A stretch of DNA of 32,000 bases from Candidatus Nanoarchaeia archaeon (lineage in GTDB: Archaea > Nanobdellota > Nanobdellia > SCGC-AAA011-G17 > JACPNG01). Every line of letters starts with the position of its first letter. Within the stretch, counting starts at the first letter, position 1. Both the position numbers and the translations under genes were made by a program. This document shows positions 8,489 through 15,345 of the stretch, piece by piece. The DNA is taken from contig JAQTMK010000001.1 of assembly GCA_028714375.1 (NCBI GenBank), positions 116,729 to 148,728 of the forward strand, given 5' to 3'. The notes under the pieces were generated by a model. That model saw only the letters and a list, made by a program, of their open reading frames with translations. It was not told where the DNA came from and ran no database searches.

Positions 8489-8534
8489 TTTAACCTCCGT
8501 TTTGTTAAGAATCCCCAAAACACCACCTGAAACC

Positions 8535-8753
8535 CTACTCCTCAGAGAATTTTTTTTCGATGACTTGTCCAACAGGGATATCGACAACCTTAGTTTCTTG
8601 CGTGTTATTTTTTGAAAGAGCCACAATAGACTTAGATTCTCTTCTTGTATAAGCTCCATTACCCAATGTTGAACTCCCCCTGAATCCGATTGGTTCATCT
8701 TCCTTTGGAAGACTTCCAGCATACAATTTAGCAAACCTCATACGAATACCCAT
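8535..8753 (-). CDS. 72-aa soluble hypothetical protein
   Basis: ATG at 8753 has GGAGG 5 nt upstream; the track ORF began at the TTG formed by the ribosome-binding site itself. Sequence is MGIRMRFAKLYAGSLPKEDEPIGFRGSSTLGNGAYTRRESKSIVALSKNNTQETKVVDIPVGQVIEKKFSEE. I recognise no family. Confidence 0.6.
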   Translation of the reverse strand: MGIRMRFAKLYAGSLPKEDEPIGFRGSSTLGNGAYTRRESKSIVALSKNNTQETKVVDIPVGQVIEKKFSEE

Positions 8754-8984
8754 GTTTTCCTCCAAAAATCAGAATTTTCCCGTCTTCCAGCTCTTCCATA
8801 GCTTTTAGAATTAACTCTAGACAATTAATTATCAAGAATTAAATTCAAATAAGCCATCCAAGGGCTTTCTAACGGTTTTTACGAAGTAATTTAGATAGAA
8901 CACTAGTTTATAAACTTTATGTTTTTGTTATTATTCAGAAGAGACAAATATATAATATATAGAAATATATACAATAATAGTAAT

Positions 8985-9012
8985 AAAAAACCACCCCCCA
9001 GCGGTTTTTTAT
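8985..9012 (-). terminator. Weak A/U-rich hairpin plus T-tract overlapping the stop of the 122-aa gene
   Basis: Minus strand reads AAAAAACC-GCTGGGGGGT-GGTTTTTT followed by ATTACTATT. Only two G-C pairs, so the call is weak. Confidence 0.3.
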
Positions 9013-9377
9013 CTTTCGATCGGTTTTAGTCTTATATTGCCAAATTCATTGAAAATCACGTCATTAAGAGCACTCTTGAGGAGTTTGTTCATTAGAGTAT
9101 TCACATCGAACTTAGTTAAGGAACCATGGATTTTAACCTTTTCTCTGTTGCCAACTATCCTCTTTTCCTTCTCGTTCCACAAAAAGACCTCGATCTTAAT
9201 ATCCCCATTTTCATCTCCTAGTTCCTCTATAAGAAGGACTGAATTATTCTTTACCCACTCAATCTTTCTTCTTATAGATTCCTGTGCTTCTTTTTCCAAT
9301 TCTTTCCTTGAAGTTTTCAAACCAAGGACAATTTTTGAAGCCATTTTTCTTGATCCTCGAATCTTAATTTTTAACAT
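9009..9377 (-). CDS. 122-aa hypothetical protein
   Basis: The preferred start is the ATG at 9377, preceded by AAGGAGAAATGT. An alternative ATG at 9443 overlaps the upstream stop (TAATG) but has no ribosome-binding site. The protein is charged and soluble, and I recognise no family. Confidence 0.55.
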   Translation of the reverse strand: MLKIKIRGSRKMASKIVLGLKTSRKELEKEAQESIRRKIEWVKNNSVLLIEELGDENGDIKIEVFLWNEKEKRIVGNREKVKIHGSLTKFDVNTLMNKLLKSALNDVIFNEFGNIRLKPIER

Positions 9378-9442
9378 ACATTTCTCCTTTCTAAAGAAAA
9401 AAGTTAAGGGGTGCAAGGGAAGTTTTCTTACACCCCAAATCA

Positions 9443-9835
9443 TTATTTCAAACTACGGAGCAGGTTAATAAATCCTATTGATGGTTTTTTTATATCTCCA
9501 AATTCAGGCGCCCCCTTCTTATTTCTTTTTGGATAAAGAAATATCCGATCTTTATTTAATCCAAGAAAAGACACAAGCTCATATGTAGCTTGATCATTCC
9601 CTTTCACAATTATTACTCCCCTAACCTCGGTCTGAGACCATATCCACTTAAAAACCTTCGCCCTGTCCTCTTCAGCCATATTTGGTTTCCACAACTCCCT
9701 GATCTCTACAGGCATTTCTATAATGACTGGCCTAAAGTTTATAAGATGTTTTTTGAGAAAGGTTTTTAACTTGGATATTTGTTTTTTAGTTGGGCCACGA
9801 GAATAAACCCATAAAATATTTAAAGGATCTTTCAT
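9443..9835 (-). CDS. 130-aa hypothetical alpha/beta protein
   Basis: The ATG at 9835 is preceded by GAGAGGAGGTTGTTT. The track start at 9910 is a TTG with no ribosome-binding site. Sequence begins MKDPLNILWVYSRGPTKKQ and includes VIIEMP and GVIIVKGNDQATYELVSFLGL. This alternating beta/alpha pattern suggests a Rossmann- or flavodoxin-like fold, which is speculative. Confidence 0.6.
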   Translation of the reverse strand: MKDPLNILWVYSRGPTKKQISKLKTFLKKHLINFRPVIIEMPVEIRELWKPNMAEEDRAKVFKWIWSQTEVRGVIIVKGNDQATYELVSFLGLNKDRIFLYPKRNKKGAPEFGDIKKPSIGFINLLRSLK

Positions 9836-10002
9836 AAACAACCTCCTCTCAGGTTTTCCATAGGATTTAAAATTTAAAAGAGAATTATCCCTATAATCCT
9901 CTTTTACCAAAAGCTTAAAACAACTTCTCTAGCATATATATCTTATTTAAAAACTTTGCTATTTATCATAAGGTTTATATATTTTATAAAAATATTAATT
10001 CT

Positions 10003-10482
10003 ATGAAAAGAGGTCAGATATCTCAGATATTTATTTGGATTACAGCAATTATCGTAATGGGCTTGGTTTTGTATTTTGGAGCAAAAACAGCGTTTAAATT
10101 AAAAGATTCAGGAAATCAGGTAGTATTATTAAAAGAAATCCAGAATCTAAAAGACGAAGTGGAAAAATATTATTACTTAGATAAAGGTTCATCTAAAAAA
10201 ATAACTTTGGGTTTTCCTTCTGAAATAACTTATATTTGTTTCTCAAATGGAAAAGCATTGGCAAAAAACAAGGACATAGAAGAGGGAATAGAATTTTTAA
10301 TAAAAGAAGAAGCCAAAAAAACAGATGGAAATAATTTGTTTTTAATACCTTTAAGCTCATTTGAAGAAACAGCTTTTTTTATCCCCTATTTAAAGCATGA
10401 ATCAGATAATCTATTGTGCGTTCAAAACGGGAAAACAATAACAATAGAATCAAAAGGAGATCATGTTAACATTAAAATTTAA
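10003..10482 (+). CDS. Archaeal type IV pilin-like protein (class III signal peptide)
   Basis: 159 aa. The N-terminus MKRGQISQIFIWITAIIVMGLVLYFGA has a short basic start, a KRGQ processing-site-like motif and then about 20 hydrophobic residues. Confidence 0.65.
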   Translation: MKRGQISQIFIWITAIIVMGLVLYFGAKTAFKLKDSGNQVVLLKEIQNLKDEVEKYYYLDKGSSKKITLGFPSEITYICFSNGKALAKNKDIEEGIEFLIKEEAKKTDGNNLFLIPLSSFEETAFFIPYLKHESDNLLCVQNGKTITIESKGDHVNIKI

Positions 10483-11809
10483 CTTTGCCTTTAAATTTCT
10501 TCATTAATTTTTCTGGATCTCCGCCCTTAAGCATCTTGACCATTTTTTTGCTCTGTCTGTACTGTTTTAACAATTCCCTAACATCGCTTACTTTTAATCC
10601 AGAACCTTTTGCAATCCTGTCTATTCTCTCAGAAGTTAACGTTTCAGGATCTTCCAACTCTTCTTTTGTCATTGACTGCATTATGAATTTCCATTTTTTT
10701 AATTTCTCTTCCTGAACTTCAAGCATGTCTTTAGGGATATTTGCATTGCTGAATCCAGGAATCATTTCCATAACCTTGTTTAATGGACCTAATTTTTTCA
10801 TACTCTCTAACTGTTCATATAAATCCAAGAAATTAAAATCTCCTTTCAAGAATTTCTTACCCAAATCTTTTGTTTTTTCTTCATCTAATTCTACGTTTAC
10901 TTTTTCTAACAAAGCTTCCAAATCTCCCATGCCTAATAATCTTGAAACAAAACCTTTTGGATTAAAACTTTCTAAAGCATCAACCTTTTCTCCAACACCT
11001 ATGAATTTAATTTTGGCTCCAGTAGTACTGCATGCAACTAAAGCTCCTCCCCCTTTTGCAGTACCATCTAATTTGGTTATAATAACTCCAGTAACATTGA
11101 CAGATTTATGGAATTGTTCTGCCTGTGCCTGAGCAGCCTGACCAATATCAGCACTTAGAACTAAAAGTCTTTCATCAGCTTTAATATAATGATTTAATTC
11201 TTCTATTTCTTCAATCAAATCTTTGCTTAAAGCATCTCTTCCTGCAGTATCAACAATAAGTAAATCATAATCCTTGTATTCTTTTTCAAACTCTTTGTAA
11301 ATTTTTAAAGCATTTTTCTCTTTCTTATCTATAAAACATTTAACATTTATTGAATCACATATTTGTTTTAGCTGCTCTGGTGCAGCTGGTCTGTGAACAT
11401 CTAAACCAATAGCAGCAACTTTCTTTCCTCTCTTAGAATAATATTTTGCTAATTTCCCGATTGTGGTTGTTTTTCCAGAACCAAACAAACCAACCATCAT
11501 TATCTTGAATGGTTTTTTATTCTCAATAACAATTTCTTCTTTCTCTTCTCCTAAGAATTTAACAAGTTCTTCGTAAACAACTTTGATAAGGAATTCTCTT
11601 GGATTTATCTGTTTTGTAATCTCATCTACTGCTCTTTTCTTAATGTTATTTGTTAGTTCCAGAACTAGTTTGACATTTACATCAGCTCTTAACAATGCCT
11701 TCTGAATGTCTTTGACCAACTCTTCAATTAGTCTTTTATCTACAAAAGAGCTTCTTGCTATCTTCCTTAAAGTTTCCTTTAAGCTTTCTCCTAATTTCTC
11801 CAAAACCAT
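10472..11809 (-). CDS. srp54: Signal recognition particle protein SRP54
   Basis: 445 aa. It has an N domain, GTPase motifs GLFGSGKTTT, DTAGR and TKLDG, and a Met-rich M domain. No ribosome-binding site is present. A TATA-like CTTATAAATAA lies about 25-30 nt upstream of the ATG, which looks leaderless. Confidence 0.95.
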   Translation of the reverse strand: MVLEKLGESLKETLRKIARSSFVDKRLIEELVKDIQKALLRADVNVKLVLELTNNIKKRAVDEITKQINPREFLIKVVYEELVKFLGEEKEEIVIENKKPFKIMMVGLFGSGKTTTIGKLAKYYSKRGKKVAAIGLDVHRPAAPEQLKQICDSINVKCFIDKKEKNALKIYKEFEKEYKDYDLLIVDTAGRDALSKDLIEEIEELNHYIKADERLLVLSADIGQAAQAQAEQFHKSVNVTGVIITKLDGTAKGGGALVACSTTGAKIKFIGVGEKVDALESFNPKGFVSRLLGMGDLEALLEKVNVELDEEKTKDLGKKFLKGDFNFLDLYEQLESMKKLGPLNKVMEMIPGFSNANIPKDMLEVQEEKLKKWKFIMQSMTKEELEDPETLTSERIDRIAKGSGLKVSDVRELLKQYRQSKKMVKMLKGGDPEKLMKKFKGKVKF

Positions 11810-11873
11810 AATTTTAGTTATTAATGTTTATTTATAAGTGTAGTTATTATATATATGTATATATTTATAAGAA

Positions 11874-11910
11874 ATAAAAAAAGGAGGGGAGCTCCTTTAA
11901 ACTCCCCTTC
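11874..11910 (-). terminator. Intrinsic-type terminator after the 829-aa gene
   Basis: Minus strand reads GAAGGGGAG-TTTAAAGGAG-CTCCCCTCC (9-bp stem with one G.U pair) followed by TTTTTTTATTTC. It lies 25 nt after the stop at 11935. Confidence 0.6.
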
Positions 11911-11934
11911 AATTAACTTCTCGAAAGATGAAAA

Positions 11935-14424
11935 TTAGAAACTGCCACCACAACTGTCGACCGCAAAGGTTACTTTCACCTTGCTGATCCCACTTGGAAC
12001 AGTTAACGAGAATTCAGCTATCATGGTCCATCCGGCATAGATTCTCACTTTGTTGTGATTATGGTCATAAGACCACCTATAGTCCCTATGCTGTGATGGA
12101 TTAAGATCTCCCGCGTTGAACTGTCCCGATGCGATTAATGGGGTTCCTCCACCCTCTCCTTCTACTTTCCATTTTATAGTGATATCCTGAAAAGCACAAG
12201 AGTCTGAGAGGTTCCATAAACTCCAGTCAAAGTAATCATCGCAATGTCCTGGACGGTTATTCTTTACAAGAACGCTACTCCCATCGCTATGGAAGAAAAC
12301 CGACTCGCAGAGTTTGCAAATTTCCCCGGTTTGAGTACTAACTGTTGTTCTTACATGTTCGCTGGAACAGCTATTTTCCGCGATCATATCGAACGTGGCT
12401 CCCTCAATATTATCGATTATAAATTCCATAACTCCACTGAGCGCAGTCGAAACAATCGTTCCATCTTTGTAAATAGTAACCTTGTCTGCATTTGTTGGTG
12501 TTGTCCAAATTACTGTTACTTTTTCCCCTGGTTCGACCATCTGCGGGTTGACTGTAAAGTTCTCTGGTACCATTATAACTTTGTTGCATACATTCACAGT
12601 TACACTGCTATAGGCAGCAGAACATTTGTTTGCAGCCTCCAAAGTATATGTTGTCGTTGATAAGACTGTTACGGTTTTTGTTCCTGTTGCGGATACTGGT
12701 TCTCCATTCAGGAGAATTACATCCGCATTTTTCACTGACCAACTCAATGTGACGACATCGCCAGGATTTGCATAGTCGGCAGAAGAAACAAAGCTTTCTA
12801 TCATTACATTGCTACATTCTTCTTCAACAGTGACCCCCTTAGTGCTACTGACTTCTGAAGGGCATTCATTAGAAGCAACCAACGTGAATTCAGTTGCTTC
12901 ATTGATGATTATCTTTTTAGAGCCAGAACCATCAATGACTTCCCCATTAAGAGTCACAGTCGATGCATCTTGAGTCGCCCAAGCGATGGTTACTTCTTCT
13001 CCTTTCTTTACGATGTTCGGAGAAACTTCGAAGAACAAAATCTGCGCTTGATGGCAGATTTGATTTGAACACACTTTTACAGTATGATTCTGATTCATCA
13101 CTATTGATCCGTTAGGGTCGACAGTAACTCCGTCCAGCGTGACGATCAATCCTTCGAAATCTTTTTGATTCTTAAGGAAGTATTTATAATCCACTACCTC
13201 CCCTTCTTTCCAGAAGGTAGTTCCTGGACGAGGATTACCATTGATCCCATCGCACCAGATTATTTTTAACCAGAAGCTTTTTTCGCAAGGTACTACTTCT
13301 AGACAGAAACAGCGCTGTATCGTATGCCCTGATGCATCAGTAACTGTACCAACAATACAGTATTTACCTATATTCATATAGGTGTGTTTTGCAGAAGCCA
13401 AATTGACAACAGTTCCATCTCCGAAATCAATTACATAAGTAAGTGGCAAAACTCCGCCATCGGCGAGTAATGTAACATCTACAGTATCCCCAGGACAAAG
13501 TGTCATGTATTCTGTGCCTCCGGCAAAGCCCGCAGTACTGCCGTGTTTTGTGACTGAAAGAGTTGCAGTTAAGGCTTCAGCTATCTTCTCAACTATTTTC
13601 TTGATTTTTACTTTTTCAATCACCAGAGGATACGCTGGTCTTATAATCTTACGATGAGTAAGGTTGTTAAATGAATCTCCGGCTTCAGCCCCGAGAAGTA
13701 CACTGACATTAACGCCCAATGCTTCGTAATTACCCCAACGGGAGAAACGACCCTCACCGCCAACTTTGGCTTTCTGCCAATCTGCTCCGATTGAGAGACA
13801 GTCAAAAACCTGCAATTCCGCTCCAAAAGAAAAACGATATATCTCTTTTTCAGCGTAAGTTCCTTCTGCTTTTAACCTGATGTTATTAAATGGTATCCAA
13901 ATCATTTCGCCTCCAAAGAAATTCATCGCCTCTGACCACGTTTGCGTAATAGTTTGTGTGTAATAATACCCCTCTTCATTCGTATAGAAGAATGGATTTG
14001 TAGATCTTTCTGAAATCAAAAAGGGATCACTAACAACAAATGCGTAGTAGCCAGTAATAGATAACTTTGGAAGTCGGAGCCTTATGGCTGGTCTGAGTTG
14101 GCTATGCATACGTTCATCTTGGTACAATAAGTCCGCAAAGAGATATGCACCAAGATTCTCTCCGTCCAATCCAATGCCGATGCTTGCACCATACTCTTTC
14201 ATAAAAGAGCTGGTGTTCATCATCAAGCCGCCTTGGAAGAATAATGCCCCAAGGTTATCGGCGAAGATGAATTGGCCATTTGCCGTCCAATCCTTGTCAA
14301 TCATTCTTCCATCCAAATAAAAGATGACATCTGCAGGATCATCTTTATCTGAGGAATAAGCCGACGGAAGAAACACAAACATAAGGGATAATACTCCCAA
14401 TGAGAGAATCAGCCTTTTTTTCAT
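11935..14424 (-). CDS. 829-aa secreted protein: signal peptide, beta-barrel-like N-domain, PKD domain, three Ig-like repeats, Cys-rich C-terminal domain (inverse-autotransporter-like order)
   Basis: Signal peptide is MKKRLILSLGVLSLMFVFLPSAYS. Residues about 30-255 consist of short amphipathic aromatic-rich strands (SITGYYAFVVS, YRFSFGAELQVF, LSIGADWQKAK, ALGVNVSVLLGAE). The PKD signature is TYVIDFGDGTVVNLASAKHTYMNIGKYCIVGTVTDASGH. Repeats lie at aa 461-697. AGGAGA lies 5 nt upstream of the ATG. Confidence 0.8.
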   Translation of the reverse strand: MKKRLILSLGVLSLMFVFLPSAYSSDKDDPADVIFYLDGRMIDKDWTANGQFIFADNLGALFFQGGLMMNTSSFMKEYGASIGIGLDGENLGAYLFADLLYQDERMHSQLRPAIRLRLPKLSITGYYAFVVSDPFLISERSTNPFFYTNEEGYYYTQTITQTWSEAMNFFGGEMIWIPFNNIRLKAEGTYAEKEIYRFSFGAELQVFDCLSIGADWQKAKVGGEGRFSRWGNYEALGVNVSVLLGAEAGDSFNNLTHRKIIRPAYPLVIEKVKIKKIVEKIAEALTATLSVTKHGSTAGFAGGTEYMTLCPGDTVDVTLLADGGVLPLTYVIDFGDGTVVNLASAKHTYMNIGKYCIVGTVTDASGHTIQRCFCLEVVPCEKSFWLKIIWCDGINGNPRPGTTFWKEGEVVDYKYFLKNQKDFEGLIVTLDGVTVDPNGSIVMNQNHTVKVCSNQICHQAQILFFEVSPNIVKKGEEVTIAWATQDASTVTLNGEVIDGSGSKKIIINEATEFTLVASNECPSEVSSTKGVTVEEECSNVMIESFVSSADYANPGDVVTLSWSVKNADVILLNGEPVSATGTKTVTVLSTTTYTLEAANKCSAAYSSVTVNVCNKVIMVPENFTVNPQMVEPGEKVTVIWTTPTNADKVTIYKDGTIVSTALSGVMEFIIDNIEGATFDMIAENSCSSEHVRTTVSTQTGEICKLCESVFFHSDGSSVLVKNNRPGHCDDYFDWSLWNLSDSCAFQDITIKWKVEGEGGGTPLIASGQFNAGDLNPSQHRDYRWSYDHNHNKVRIYAGWTMIAEFSLTVPSGISKVKVTFAVDSCGGSF
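12334..13044 (-). repeat. Three tandem ~75-80-aa Ig-like repeats (protein level) in the 829-aa protein
   Basis: The shared pattern is F.V.P..V..GE.VT..W....A..V.L.G......G......... followed by a Cys-containing strand. Unit 1 contains EVSPNIVKKGEEVTIAWATQDASTVTLNGE. Unit 2 contains SSADYANPGDVVTLSWSVKNADVILLNGE. Unit 3 contains TVNPQMVEPGEKVTVIWTTPTNADKVTIYKDG. Confidence 0.6.
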
Positions 14425-14710
14425 GGCATCTCCTTTTTGTTTTAATTTAATTAGGTACCCCCAAATTTCTAAGGATAGTCATTTCCTCCTTTCAAAATTT
14501 TCTGTTCTTTCGGTTTTTCCTTTGGTTTTTATTTTTTAAACCGAAATCTAACTATTATTAGAAATTACCTATTGGGTTTTACTCGGAGTTTGAGGTATTT
14601 GATTTATTTATAAGCTTTGTGATTACTAGATTATGACAATTTTGATAATACCAAACCTATATCTTAATAAATTTAATAGTTAGTATATTATTATATATAC
14701 TAAATAAAAA

Positions 14711-14738
14711 TTAAAAAAGCCCCTTCTTTCGAAGAGGC
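14711..14738 (-). terminator. Textbook intrinsic-type terminator after the OMP-like gene
   Basis: Minus strand reads GCCTCTTC-GAAA-GAAGGGGC (8-bp stem with one G.U pair and a GAAA tetraloop) followed by TTTTTTAATTTTTATTT. It lies 20 nt after the stop at 14758. Confidence 0.65.
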
Positions 14739-14757
14739 TAAAGTGAATGCAAGAAGT

Positions 14758-15345
14758 TCAGAAGCGGAATTCGATGAAAATTGTCGTTTCAATCCCCCCT
14801 GCATTGATTTTTTCTGTATCTATAGCAGATGGAATCTTCACAAATCTGTATGTTCCATCGACTCCGATAATGAACCAATAAGCAATTGGAATATTAACTC
14901 CTGCACCAACTGAGAATCCGACTTGGGTTTTTTCAAAGACATCTTTGTCTTCAAATTCGCCCGGGAAGAATTCTTTAAAATTTACGACCGATAGGGCAAC
15001 TGATGCCCATAATTCCGGGATCCACCGTCTGGATAGATAGGCACGTATGCCAACATCTCCGTAGATTATCTCAAGTTTAAGTGGAATTTCTCCGAAAGAA
15101 GTTTTTCCATTTTCGCTGTAGAAATCTACAGAAACAAAGGCTTCGAGTTGATCAGTGAGAAATCTTCCGCCCTCGACACCCCATATTTGGGTTTTATCTG
15201 TATAGAGTTCTTTTGTTAAAGAATCTCCAATCCAGTAATATCCAAGATGTCCATCAATCGTAAATTTTGGAAGCGGGTCTTCTGCTGCAAAAAGCGATAA
15301 GGGTGCAACAAGCACCAGAACCATAATCAATATTTTCTTAATCAT
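14758..15345 (-). CDS. Small outer-membrane-protein-like beta-barrel protein (OmpA/OmpW-size, OMP_b-brl-like)
   Basis: 195 aa. Signal peptide is MIKKILIMVLVLVAPLSLFA. Alternating hydrophobic/polar strands are rich in Gly and aromatics (GFSVGAGVNIPI, IIGVDGTYRFV). The C-terminus TTIFIEFRF has the terminal Phe and alternating hydrophobics of the bacterial OMP beta-signal. Its ATG overlaps the upstream stop (ATGA). Confidence 0.7.
   Translation of the reverse strand: MIKKILIMVLVLVAPLSLFAAEDPLPKFTIDGHLGYYWIGDSLTKELYTDKTQIWGVEGGRFLTDQLEAFVSVDFYSENGKTSFGEIPLKLEIIYGDVGIRAYLSRRWIPELWASVALSVVNFKEFFPGEFEDKDVFEKTQVGFSVGAGVNIPIAYWFIIGVDGTYRFVKIPSAIDTEKINAGGIETTIFIEFRF

Noticed and set aside
8357-8734. 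The 125-aa track ORF on the minus strand
   Set aside because: It starts at a TTG with no ribosome-binding site and overlaps the 72-aa gene out of frame over about 200 nt. Only its last 43 codons follow a strong GGAGG site (ATG at 8488). I replaced it with the 43-aa call.
8766-9008. A bacterial sigma-70-type promoter (TTGATA ... TAATTC) and a 23-codon ORF (MEELEDGKILIFGGKHGYSYEVC) upstream of the 72-aa gene
   Set aside because: The -10 match is poor, the spacing is ambiguous, and the short ORF has no ribosome-binding site and runs across the real start in another frame. The support is not enough.
7853-9943. Possible terminal inverted repeats of the small-gene cassette: ATATATACTCTAGGAAG at about 7855-7871 versus the reverse complement of CTTCTCTAGCATATAT at about 9924-9939
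   Set aside because: Only about 14 matching positions, with indels, in very AT-rich DNA. This is easily chance, and no transposase or integrase is nearby.
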